DNA from: Sedimentisphaerales bacterium
GTDB taxonomy: Bacteria > Planctomycetota > Phycisphaerae > Sedimentisphaerales > SM23-30
Length of the DNA: 64,000 bases
Direction of reading: 5' to 3'
Assembly: GCA_963663805.2 (NCBI GenBank)
Contig: CAXXMR010000009.1
Coordinates: 64,001-128,000, forward strand
Shown: positions 30,780 through 40,884 of the stretch, piece after piece
Layout of the letters: every line of letters starts with the position of its first letter
Numbering within the stretch: the stretch's first letter is position 1
Notes under the pieces: generated by a model
Databases searched by the model: none
Told to the model about the DNA's origin: nothing
Seen by the model: the letters and a program-made list of their open reading frames with translations, nothing else
Position numbers and translations under genes: made by a program

Positions 30780-32558
30780 TCAGGGCCATTGACCGGTTAC
30801 TATCTGCTGCAGGACGAGTTGGTCGGGGTCGATGGTTACGTGTTTGATTCTTAGTCTGTGCCAGGTATATACGATATGTACTAATCCGTCGTCGGATTGG
30901 ATTAGGGCGGGATAGGAATATTCGCCGGGTTCGTCCTCGAGGACTAGGGCAGCGTACCAGGTGGTTCCGTTGGTTGTCAGGGCGAGGTTGAGGGGTGTGC
31001 GAGGGCCGCCCCAGTTGCCGGAAGGGATTGAGCTGTGGTTGTATACGATCAGGTGACAGCCGTCATCTAATGTTGCCGCATCGATGCCAGAGTTGTTGCT
31101 GGGCAGGCTGGTCAGGTTCAGACTGGACCAGGAGTTGCCTTCGTCGAAGGAGAGGCTTTGGGCGAGGTTGTCTTCCTGAGTGCGGAAGATGGCCTGGAGC
31201 TTGCCGCCTGGGTATTGCAGCACGGTGGGTTGGATGACACCTTCGTAGGCGGCGTTATTGGGCACGGTGCGGGTTTGCCAGGTGGTGCCGAAGTCTGAGG
31301 TTATTTCCATTTGTCTGCTGGTTGAGGGGCAGAGGATGTCGCCGTTGGATAGTTCTATGGGTTTGTTTTTGCTGGGGCCCATGATTCCGGCGGGAAGATT
31401 GATGACTGCCCCGAAGGTTTGGCCGTTGTCTTCTGACACTCTCATACGTCCGGTGATGCCGTCAGTCAGGGTGCCGATTTTGTAGAAGAATAATACTTTA
31501 CCGGATGAGTGTTTGAAGATGACGGGGTTTACGATGGTGTCTTTGTCGGGGAAATGCATGGGGCCGCGGGCGAGGATGACCGGTTCGGACCAGGCAGTGC
31601 CGTCGTAGCGGGAATACCAAGCGAAAAAGTCGATATGTCCTTCGCAGGTTCCGCCGTTCCAGACTGCGGCGAGTTGGCCGTTACCGAGGTCGGTTATGGA
31701 CGAAGCGTGGCATTCGGGATGTTTGGGGATTTCGTAAATAAATTCGCTGCTGATATAACCGGGCTGATTTTCGAGATGAGAGCCGGTGGGGATGATGGTT
31801 TCGAGCGGGTCGCAGGCCCCGCGGATGTCGAGCAGGCGAGGCCTGTCGGTGGAGATTAGTATTTTGCGTATTTCGCCGGAGAAGAACTGCCCGAAGTTGG
31901 TCGCTGAGCGGTAGAGGCCGCCTATGGTCAATGGGTAGGTTGTGTCGGTCAGGGTGCCGATGGTGGTGGTGGCACGACTGACGATGCCGTCGAGGATGAT
32001 CTGGGTATTATAGTTTTCGAAGCGGTTTTCCCAGGTCGCGATTATTTTATGCCATTTGCCGGTTTCGGCGATATTGCGGGAAACCACTCCGCCGTCGCCG
32101 AGGTCGCCGGCGAGTGAAAAACCTACTTTACCTTCTTCTGTCATATAAACCTGATAGCCCACGTTAGTGCTAGCTTCGGTTTTGCGGACGATCTGGGCTT
32201 GTTTGAGCAGGTAGGGCATGAACTCAATTTCGATGGTGAGTGAGCTGAAGCCGGCGTTGCCGTTATCGTGGCCGGTGAGTATGTCGCTGTCTTCGACCTT
32301 TAGCATTATGTTGGTTGAGTCGGCGTCGGAGAAGGCGTTGGGGATAATAATGGAGCCGCAGCAGGTGTTTTTGTTGACCTGGGCGGTGGGGTTTGAACCG
32401 CGGGTGATAACCTGGGCGGTCAGGCCGGCGATGCTGTCCTGGGCCTGGCTGATGGTGCCGAGAGGATAGTCAAGCCATTGCCACAAGGCCAGGTCTTCCG
32501 CGTGGGCGTTAATGCTCAATGCCGCAAGAAGTAAAACTAATACAACAAATTTCTTCAA
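30780..32558 (-). CDS. Secreted sialidase-like protein with LamG-like domain (paralog of 27210-28949)
   Basis: Same motifs as the paralog (PECHAS, GPSKNKP, PSNNSG, GEYSYP); TTG start; signal peptide. Confidence 0.85.
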   Translation of the reverse strand: MKKFVVLVLLLAALSINAHAEDLALWQWLDYPLGTISQAQDSIAGLTAQVITRGSNPTAQVNKNTCCGSIIIPNAFSDADSTNIMLKVEDSDILTGHDNGNAGFSSLTIEIEFMPYLLKQAQIVRKTEASTNVGYQVYMTEEGKVGFSLAGDLGDGGVVSRNIAETGKWHKIIATWENRFENYNTQIILDGIVSRATTTIGTLTDTTYPLTIGGLYRSATNFGQFFSGEIRKILISTDRPRLLDIRGACDPLETIIPTGSHLENQPGYISSEFIYEIPKHPECHASSITDLGNGQLAAVWNGGTCEGHIDFFAWYSRYDGTAWSEPVILARGPMHFPDKDTIVNPVIFKHSSGKVLFFYKIGTLTDGITGRMRVSEDNGQTFGAVINLPAGIMGPSKNKPIELSNGDILCPSTSRQMEITSDFGTTWQTRTVPNNAAYEGVIQPTVLQYPGGKLQAIFRTQEDNLAQSLSFDEGNSWSSLNLTSLPSNNSGIDAATLDDGCHLIVYNHSSIPSGNWGGPRTPLNLALTTNGTTWYAALVLEDEPGEYSYPALIQSDDGLVHIVYTWHRLRIKHVTIDPDQLVLQQIVTGQWP

Positions 32559-32588
32559 AACCTTTTAGCTCCCTTGAGTGTTGATCTA

Positions 32589-33407
32589 TTATTGTCTGTA
32601 GGGCAGATAGTATGAATAGTTGTTGTCACTTCTTCTGACGAGCATGTCCACGAGTTGCTCATCGTCGCCGGGGAAGGTTTGAGCGCTGGCATCGCCAAAG
32701 ACGTAATTAGCTTTTTGTTTGGACAGATACTCGGGAAGTGTGGTGTCGGTGTAAGTCAGATGATAGAAGGATTCAACCCAGTTTGGAGAATTACTGGTAG
32801 TATATTCAAGCAGTTTATAGCTGTCTTTGCCTTTGTGGTTGGTTCGCAGCTCAGAAGCGGCCCGCCTTTTCCAAAGACAGTCGCCGAACAGTACGTTGAA
32901 TCTTTTTCCCTCGTAGGTCCAGTAACGGAAGGACTGGGTGAACAACTGTGATTTGTTAGCGGTGTCAACCTGAAACCAGGTATTGCCTTTGGGGAGATTG
33001 GCCCAGTATCCTCCGCAGATAACGTAGTCGGAGTAGACATTGTAGCCGGTGCCGATGTCTTCCATGCTTCTTTTCCATTCGGGCAGGAAGGGGCATTTAA
33101 AGTAGTTAATGTCGAGATAGTCTTTGTACAGCGGCCTGACATCGGAATTGGGTGAGCTGGAGCCCCAGGTGACCTGTTTGGGCAGGGCAAAGGGGTTGTT
33201 TTCCCAGCAATGCAAGGGCAGTCTGTCGTTGTCGGATTCGTAGGCGAGTGCTCCGAGTGCGACCTGTCTGAGGTTTGACAGGCAGACGACCAGACGGGCT
33301 TGTTCGCGGGCTTGTCCCAATGCCGGCAGGAGAATCGAAACCAGCAGGGCGATGATAGCGACCACTACGAGTAATTCCACCAAGGTGAATCCTTTGGGTC
33401 GGTACAT
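32589..33407 (-). CDS. Prepilin-type N-terminal cleavage/methylation protein (DUF1559-like)
   Basis: [40 protein letters not shown]-terminal ANYVFGD. Confidence 0.9.
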   Translation of the reverse strand: MYRPKGFTLVELLVVVAIIALLVSILLPALGQAREQARLVVCLSNLRQVALGALAYESDNDRLPLHCWENNPFALPKQVTWGSSSPNSDVRPLYKDYLDINYFKCPFLPEWKRSMEDIGTGYNVYSDYVICGGYWANLPKGNTWFQVDTANKSQLFTQSFRYWTYEGKRFNVLFGDCLWKRRAASELRTNHKGKDSYKLLEYTTSNSPNWVESFYHLTYTDTTLPEYLSKQKANYVFGDASAQTFPGDDEQLVDMLVRRSDNNYSYYLPYRQ

Positions 33408-33684
33408 AATTATGCTCCTTTTGTGGATGGCTATTATGATGAATTTCTTATCCTTCACGTTTGAATTCTAACACACAGTTAATGCGTGAACAATCCGACA
33501 AACAAACTTTTTTTTAGCACAAAAAAGTACAATTGCTGGTTATTGTTGAATGTTGGCGTGTCTAGAGTATTATATTGCGGTACCGGGCGGGCAGGGCGAC
33601 GGGCTTTTTTAGTCTCTTACAAATGAATTTTACGCAAAATGACAGCAATTTATCAGACCCTTTTCAAATCTGTTATCGGAGGGA

Positions 33685-33739
33685 CAACCGAGAAGGCCCC
33701 AAAGTTACCCAGGTCCTCCTGTCGTATAGCCGGAAACAC
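33685..33739 (+). repeat. 55-bp repeat, left arm of an inverted pair
   Basis: 51/55 identical to the reverse complement of 36744-36798. Confidence 0.9.
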
Positions 33740-34039
33740 GGCGATCGGGTCGCCCGCCTGCGTTGGGCTATCCTTCGTGATTCCAAGGGGATAGCAACTT
33801 TTGCTTGGGCGGATTCCAGGAGAAAATGAACGACGAAACCCAGCTCCTGCCCGAAGCCTCCAAAGCGATAAACGCATCTTTCGAGAAGGCACAATGCAAT
33901 ATACTTAAACGTTTGCAAAAAGACATTTAGCTTGTATGTGAACTCCAAAATTCCTATAATATATGAATTAGCCGGTCTTTATGCCGATATAAAGCATAGA
34001 GACAAACAGTGTATTAACAGGATAAAGGAGACGGTGAAT

Positions 34040-36705
34040 ATGTCTATAAGCAATCGCGATCGCCATTGCAAGTCATTATTTAATAACAAGTTAAAACACG
34101 CCTGCATCACCCTGGCCTGGGCACTTACCCTGCTGCTGACCCAAACCGCATCAGCCCTCTCCGTCGCCAGCGTACTAGGCTCAGGCGGCGGAGACTTCGA
34201 CCCCTGGAACACCACCCGATGGGCAGCCTGGTATTCCGGAAGCAAATTAGTCAAACAATTCGACATCGATTGCGATGTGACTCTAGTCGATCGAGGCGGC
34301 TCCGCCAACCCCTGGAAACCCGACGTCTCCGAACATGAAACTGGACGAATCTTTTATTTTGATAATGCCGGTCGGGGTAAAACATTCGATGGGAATGGGG
34401 TGTTTATTGATGTTAGACCTGACGATCCCTCGTTAACACAATTATACTCGTCGTGGCGGTGGTATGATCTTTGGGATGAACTCTTTGGGTTGAATAATTG
34501 TTTTCGTATTTCTCAGGGCTATAGTTCATCATACGGTCCGACTGTTATTCGTAATTTATGGATGAAGGGGTTCGTGCAGGCTATCCGTACCAGTTTCCGG
34601 AGCAGCGGCAGTTATCATCCTCTGGTTATTGATGATTGTGATTTTCGTCGCAATGAATGGGGGGTCTATCTGAGCGGCAGCGATGCCACTGTTCAGAATT
34701 GCGGCATAAAACAGCAGCTCAAGGGCGGCATGTACTGTGGAGCAGGTTCCGGCCGCAATTATATTATCAATAATGCCTTCCAGGATAACCATATCGAACA
34801 GGTCGGCAATTATGGTGATATTGCTATGGATACCGCATACGAAACTTTGATAGAAAATAATACGCATCAGCTTTCCGAAGGCGGCTCCTATCATTGCGGT
34901 GTGAAGTTTTATCACAATATGGGCGAGGAAGACACCTATCGAGAACATTCTCCTCATGATAATATTCTGCGCGGCAATACCTTCAACGGCTACTCCGTGG
35001 CTTATGATATCGGCGGGCGTATGGGGCGCAGCGATGGATACGATCTTACCGGCGAAGGACGTGATTATGTGAGCTATAATCTCTTTGAAAATAACACTAT
35101 CACTAACACCGATATTGGTTTCAAAATCAACTGTCCCGGCAACACTTTCCGTTCGAATACCTTCAGTAATGTTGATTTACCCTTTGTTCTGCACTGTGTA
35201 TTTTACAGCCTTACCGAAAATGTCATAAACGATCAGGCGGGCGACAATGTCTATTACTGGTTTGTCGCTTCAGATTACAGCAGCTATCCTCCAACTGGTT
35301 CACCTATCAGGATGATCTCAACGGCAATATCGCTGAGTCCGACAAGTTCATTCATGTTCGGTCTGATTATGGGGCCCCAGATTATCAGAGTTATAGCGGG
35401 CCTGCTACGGTGGTCACTGAGGATTCTATGCTGATTAGTTCTGTTAATCGGGTATCTGATATTTCGGGGGATCAGTTTATTGATCTTCAGGATATAAGTA
35501 TTTTGTCGCAGCAATGGATGAGTTCCAATTGCGATATTGATAATGATTTCTGCAACAAAACCGACATTAACTATGACAGCGATGTCGATATTGACGACCT
35601 CAAGCAGGTCGCGGATGGCTGGCTTTTGCCTAATAATATGAAGGATGTCTATGCCACCGGTGCCACACCTATTGACATAGCGGTCGGGGATTACTGGGTT
35701 GATATTCCCGGTGATGAAATTGCGGTTATCTGGGATACTCCCGTCTCGCGACTGGGCAGTACGGATTACTATTCTATTATCATGTATGACAGCAATGGTA
35801 TCGAGTTCAGTCGGTGCGGGCGGAGCACTACGAAATGGGAAGCAATTACAGCGGGGAATTTTGTCAATCTGGTCGGAACATACAGTGTTGTTGAGGCAGG
35901 CGATGAGATCGCGGCGGTTCATTCTTCCGCGGTGAGTGGATATTATCCGGTTTATGTATTTGGCCGGGGCAGGAAGGATGCCAGTGTTACCCTGCTGACC
36001 AGCAATACGACTAAAATTGTCGATTTGACCGCCGGTAATTTCCGCACCGCAACGGACTCTAACGATGAAATCGCGGTTATTTATACCGGTGGGTCGTCAA
36101 CTATTAATTTCTGCAAGCCAACAGAAACTTCGTGGACACTTACGACTACCGGCGCTGCTAACCTGACCAAAATAGCGGCGGGCAATTTCGACGGCCAAAG
36201 CTCCAACGGTGATGAAATATCGGGCATCAACAGCAGTTCGTCGCTGATATATTTTTATCGCTTTGGCGCGTCAACTCATTACCTAACGGCGGGCACTTCC
36301 GGCCAGGCAGTCTGGAGTAATATCGCGGCGGGCAATTTCTACACTGCCAACAGTCATTACGAAGTTGCCGTGTCCAGCTCGGCGGCGTCTTTGGGAATCT
36401 ACGAAATTTCCTACTACTCTGTCGGAGCGAGCAGCCCCTTCAAGCAATCGACTCATGATGTCCTTGGTGTTCCGGTTAAAGCACTTGCCGCGGGCAAGCC
36501 CATAATACATTCACTGCCCAGCCTATACGAAAGGGCCGATGGGTTCTACAGCACCGACTACGCCGTCGAGGTCAGCACCTGGGGAGATTTCCTGGCTGTC
36601 CTGCCGGCTGCGGCCCAGACCACCGGTACACCGATATTCTGGCTGGCAAACTACACCTATAACGATGCTCTGAATTATCTCAAGGTTACATCGATTATGA
36701 GATAG
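34040..36705 (+). CDS. Large secreted protein: parallel beta-helix, dockerin-like insert and AGNF-repeat propeller-like domain (frameshift near 35287)
   Basis: RBS AAGGAG; hydrophobic signal; 'ENNT/GNTF/SNTF' beta-helix repeats. Adding one base near 35287 joins ORF 33932-35434 to ORF 35410-36705 through an open frame (SSNWFTYQDDLNG...). Confidence 0.7.
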
Positions 36706-36743
36706 CCTCAACAGCAAGCCGGTTTGGTGCATTTTCAACCACT

Positions 36744-36798
36744 GTGTTTCCGGCTATACGGCAGGAAGCCCTGGGTAACTCTGGGGCCTTCTCGGTTG
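36744..36798 (-). repeat. 55-bp repeat, right arm of an inverted pair
   Basis: Reverse complement of 33685-33739 with 4 mismatches. Confidence 0.9.
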
Positions 36799-36931
36799 GC
36801 CTGCCGGCAGCCCATAAGCGCTAAACGCATTTTGCTTCCCCAGCTTTTGGGACAATACAAAAAAAATGGAGTTTGCCACTGCCTCGGGAAAACCAGCAGC
36901 AAACTCCGGAAAACAATGCGACTCTTTCACA

Positions 36932-37951
36932 TTAAGCGTTCGGGGTATATTCGTTGCCGACCTTTCGGGCGCGTTCGGCTTTGTCGAGATTGACCTTCAG
37001 GGCCATGCCGACTTCCACCAGGATGTTCCAGCCGGCGGCGAGATAAACATAATTCTGAAGTGAACCGGCTTCGGGAATCAGAATGGTGGGGAATTGGGTT
37101 TGTTTGGTGCTTATGGCGATGACCTGGAGGCCCACGCCCTGTACGAGGGTTTCCTGAAGTTTGTCCTGTTCGGCTGGGAAGGGGTCAATGACGATAACGA
37201 CGTCGGCGGGGTTCATAACTTCTTCGATACCATGAACGGCGTAGGTGCCTTCGAGGAAATCGCTTTTGCGGCGGGTGATTTCGTTGGTTTTGAGGGTTAG
37301 TTCCTCGGCGACACCGTCGTTGCGGCCTGCGAAATGGATGGTTCCGGCCTGGCTGATAGCCTTGATGATGTCGGCAGGGATTTCTGTGCCAAGGGCTGCT
37401 TCGACAGCATCGGCGGCGGTGCTGAGTTCAGAGGTGATGGTTTTGCCAGCGGTCTGGGCCAGCAGCTCCTGATAGAAAAGTCCCTGTTCGGCAACGCTCT
37501 TGGTGGCGGCAACGGCTTGTTCCCAGCCGCAACTGAGTACGAAGGTCTGTTGAGAACGTTCGGCGAGTTTGGTGTTTTCGCGGGCGGTCAGGGCATAAAG
37601 GTTCTGGTGGCCTTGTTTACGTAGGTTGTCGAACAGTTCGATGACCTCGCGGGTTGAGCCGCTGTTGGATGCGCCAAAGGCGACGTAATCGCTGAGCTTG
37701 AACTCGGCACCTTCGCGGGCACCGGAGCAGAACATTTCGATATTGCTGCCGCTTTTGCGGGAATTGTAGATAGCGTTTTTAGCGGGGAAGATTCGGCTGG
37801 AGCCTTCGCCGGTGAAGTAAACGCGTTTGGTTTGTTTGATGGCTTCGGTAACCTTCTGGCCATTATCGAGTTTGAAATTTCTGATAATGTCGGGGGTTTC
37901 CATCATTTCCCGTGTCAGTGAGAATTGAATGTAGCGTTCTTCTTTTTTCAT
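36932..37951 (-). CDS. Double-SIS-domain phosphosugar isomerase/deaminase (GlmS C-terminal-like)
   Basis: REMMETP, TGEGSS, SNSGST, EQAVAATKS, EELTLKTNE and HG motifs; no glutaminase domain. Confidence 0.8.
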   Translation of the reverse strand: MKKEERYIQFSLTREMMETPDIIRNFKLDNGQKVTEAIKQTKRVYFTGEGSSRIFPAKNAIYNSRKSGSNIEMFCSGAREGAEFKLSDYVAFGASNSGSTREVIELFDNLRKQGHQNLYALTARENTKLAERSQQTFVLSCGWEQAVAATKSVAEQGLFYQELLAQTAGKTITSELSTAADAVEAALGTEIPADIIKAISQAGTIHFAGRNDGVAEELTLKTNEITRRKSDFLEGTYAVHGIEEVMNPADVVIVIDPFPAEQDKLQETLVQGVGLQVIAISTKQTQFPTILIPEAGSLQNYVYLAAGWNILVEVGMALKVNLDKAERARKVGNEYTPNA

Positions 37952-37967
37952 TTTTGGTTCCCTTTTA

Positions 37968-39158
37968 TTATTTATTGTTTTCCAGTTTAACGTATTCGGG
38001 CATTGGGCCAACGAGCGGTTTGAGATATTCGAGGAATTCATCGGTTATGAAATTTCCTTCGGCGTTGATGTATTCATCGGGCAGGGGGCGGGCCTTGATA
38101 GCGACTTCATTGAGTGGTATGGTGCCGGTGGTGCATTTGTATTCGGCCCCCGGTTCGCGTTGGAGAGTCACCATAACGCCGGTGGTATCGCTCAGGGCGA
38201 GTTCGACGGCTTTTTGGCCGCAGAGGAAGGCTTCGTCAGTATCAGACTGGACAGCACGGTCAGCAGCACACATCGGTAGCGATTCAGTAATCTGAAATTC
38301 GCCGCGGAAACCGAACTCGTCGGCAATCATACGATGCAGTACGATAGCGACGCTGGTGCCGCCCATGGCTCCAAATTCGACATTGCCGAACTTGTCCTGG
38401 GTTTGGGATGAGGAAACGCAGGTGCCGTCGGCGTAGCAGATGCCCTCGCCGCAGATAACGTAAGCAAAACCGTGCTTATCGTAGCAGTTTTTTACGTTCT
38501 TGAGGAATTTAGCTTTCTCGAAGGGCCTCTCCGGAAAACACATGATATGTGGTGCGTCATCGGCGGTTCGTTTGCCTGCGGCGGTTGCTCCGACGAGCCA
38601 GCCGGCTTCGCGGCCTATGCACTGGAAGACTGAGAACTGATCGACCTTACGCATGTCGCGGGCGAGGGTGCCGGCCTGAGCGACCGACAGGGCCATATAA
38701 CGTGCGGCACTGCCGAAGCCAGGCGTATGGTCGGTGCCGAACAAGTCGTTGTCAACGGTTTTGGGGATGCCGATGCCGCGGAGGTCGTAGCCTTGTTTTT
38801 GGGCATAAGCTTCGACGCGGCAGATGGTGTCCATGGTATCGTTGCCGCCGATAAGGAATAAATAGTGGATTTCGTGTTGGGCGAGCATTTTCAGGACGGC
38901 TGGCAGGTCCTGGTCTTTGAGTTTGTAGCGGCAGGAGCCCAGGGCGCTGGAAGGGGTGGTTTTGAGGCCTTCTACGATGCCAGGATTTTGGCTGGAAAGG
39001 TCGATCATGTCGCCTTTCATGAATCCTTCGATTCCGAATCTCATACCCCAGAGTTTGTCGATGCCGCTGCCTTGGCGTACCCCGTCGATTACCCCGGCGA
39101 GGGAAGCGTTAATCACTGATGTCGGGCCGCCTGATTGGCCGATAATCGCGTTTTTCAT
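37968..39158 (-). CDS. pfp: 6-phosphofructokinase (PfkA family, probably PPi-dependent)
   Basis: GQSGGPTSVIN, GGNDTMD and PKTVDND; the Asp/Lys signature of PPi-dependent enzymes. Confidence 0.85.
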   Translation of the reverse strand: MKNAIIGQSGGPTSVINASLAGVIDGVRQGSGIDKLWGMRFGIEGFMKGDMIDLSSQNPGIVEGLKTTPSSALGSCRYKLKDQDLPAVLKMLAQHEIHYLFLIGGNDTMDTICRVEAYAQKQGYDLRGIGIPKTVDNDLFGTDHTPGFGSAARYMALSVAQAGTLARDMRKVDQFSVFQCIGREAGWLVGATAAGKRTADDAPHIMCFPERPFEKAKFLKNVKNCYDKHGFAYVICGEGICYADGTCVSSSQTQDKFGNVEFGAMGGTSVAIVLHRMIADEFGFRGEFQITESLPMCAADRAVQSDTDEAFLCGQKAVELALSDTTGVMVTLQREPGAEYKCTTGTIPLNEVAIKARPLPDEYINAEGNFITDEFLEYLKPLVGPMPEYVKLENNK

Positions 39159-39322
39159 ATTTGTTTTTACTCTACTTGCTTTGGTTCTCAGTTTGTTTCT
39201 TTAGGCCAAAAATCACGTTAACCAGCCTAGCCGATTTAGCCCTTGACTAAAATGGATAGACAGGCCATAATGATGGATAAACGTAACATGGGGCGAGCGG
39301 GCCCGGAAGGTGGTTTTGGGTT

Positions 39323-40210
39323 ATGGAAAAGGCGGCAAACGGCGAGAAATTGAGAGGTGAATATCCCGAATGCCTGGAAGGGAGTATTCAGCAGTCGCGG
39401 TATTTCTATTTCGACAGGGCCGATGAGGACCCGGAGCTGACGTTGGTTTTTGGCGGGCATGAGGTCTGCAACAGTGATTTTGAAATTTCGCGGGCTTCTT
39501 ATCCTTATCATGTTTTGGAGTTTCCGCTCAAGGGCAACTGTGTTTTGACTATTGCGGGACAGAGGCATGTCCTGAAAAAGAATTATGTCGGCGGATTTAC
39601 GCCGGGAGTCGCTCATCATTATCGCTGTGAGCAGCCGAAGTATCCGTTGGAGCATTTTTTTCTGGCGTTCAAGGGAGGGCAGGCTTCGCGGTTTTTTGAG
39701 CGGACGGAACTGTTTGAGAATTATGTGGTCGAGACGCAGGAGTATCCGCAACTGATACAACTGGCTCAGACAGTTTTCAATAAGGCGCTGGAGAAAAGTC
39801 CTAACTGCCATCAGATTTGCAATTATTACCTGAGAATTATTCTGCTGGAATTAGCCCGCAAAACGCATGTTTCCGGCTCGTCTTCGCTTTCGGTGCAGAC
39901 CTGTCAAAACTGTAAAAAATATATCGATGATAACTATTCCACGATATTTTTGCCGCATGAGGTGGCAGAGGAATTTGATATTACGGTGCGTCATCTGTCG
40001 CGGCTTTTTCGGCAATATCTTAATACCAGTCCGCGTGAATACATCATGCGGCTGAAATGCGGCAAGGCGGCGGTTCTGCTTTTGACAACCGGCTTGACGG
40101 TCAAACGTATTTCCGTGCTGGTGGGGTTTGATGACCCTTATCATTTTTCGCGTAATTTCAAATTGTATTTCGGTTATTCGCCGCGTGATTATCGTAACGC
40201 TCACGCCTGA
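39323..40210 (+). CDS. AraC-family transcriptional regulator
   Basis: N-terminal cupin domain; HTH 'HLSRLFRQ...VGFDDPYHFSRNFK..G.SPRDYR'. Confidence 0.92.
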   Translation: MEKAANGEKLRGEYPECLEGSIQQSRYFYFDRADEDPELTLVFGGHEVCNSDFEISRASYPYHVLEFPLKGNCVLTIAGQRHVLKKNYVGGFTPGVAHHYRCEQPKYPLEHFFLAFKGGQASRFFERTELFENYVVETQEYPQLIQLAQTVFNKALEKSPNCHQICNYYLRIILLELARKTHVSGSSSLSVQTCQNCKKYIDDNYSTIFLPHEVAEEFDITVRHLSRLFRQYLNTSPREYIMRLKCGKAAVLLLTTGLTVKRISVLVGFDDPYHFSRNFKLYFGYSPRDYRNAHA

Positions 40211-40239
40211 TTTGCCGATGGTTGGTGATAGGCCAAAAC

Positions 40240-40297
40240 AATGAGCCAGCCGGGCCGGGCCTCTGATACAGAGTAACCCTGCTCGACTGACTCATTT
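40240..40297. terminator. Hairpin between convergent genes
   Basis: AATGAGCCAGCCGGGC...GCTCGACTGACTCATT imperfect inverted repeat. Confidence 0.5.
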
Positions 40298-40332
40298 GGA
40301 AAGGTCAATCTATTCGTGTGTTCGTATCGGCC

Positions 40333-40794
40333 TTACGGCATCATCATAAACATGAACACGAAGGCGAAAATACCGACGGTTTCAGCAATACCCATGGCGA
40401 TCATGGTATTGGTGAACGGTTTTCCATCTGCTTCGCTCATGGCCCGGATACCGGCGGCACCGATGGCACCTTGCATCCAGGCACTGAACAACTCACCCAG
40501 ACCAGCGGCTAAACCGATGCTGAAAATCGCACCAGCGTTGGCAGCCATGAATTCAGGGCTGTAAACATTGGTCTTGAGAATGATAAGCATTACCAGGAAC
40601 CCGTAGATGGTCTGCGACAGGGGCATACCCGTCAAAGCCACATACAAGAAGTTCATACCTTTGCCGGCTTTGGCTTCTTTGGCCCAGGCTCCGGCTGCGG
40701 CACGTCCCGCGGCACCAATGCCCAGGGCACTGCCGATAGCACCCAAACCCAGAGGTAAAGCGAATCCCAATTGTCCAAGCCAGGTCATGTCCAT
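40333..40794 (-). CDS. ntpK: V/A-type ATPase subunit K (c-ring, 4 TM)
   Basis: Two hairpins; PLSQTIYG, WMQG and AET motifs. Confidence 0.92.
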   Translation of the reverse strand: MDMTWLGQLGFALPLGLGAIGSALGIGAAGRAAAGAWAKEAKAGKGMNFLYVALTGMPLSQTIYGFLVMLIILKTNVYSPEFMAANAGAIFSIGLAAGLGELFSAWMQGAIGAAGIRAMSEADGKPFTNTMIAMGIAETVGIFAFVFMFMMMP

Positions 40795-40884
40795 TTTTAT
40801 TACTCCTAAGTTAGTAATTTATTCTTCATTGCTTGTATAACATTTATCGAGCGAACGAAGGCAGTGCTTTAAGCACTATTGAAT

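Noticed and set aside
35284..35292. Two separate genes at 33932-35434 and 35410-36705
   Set aside because: The second frame is open from ~35285 with plausible sequence, so one missing base explains the split.
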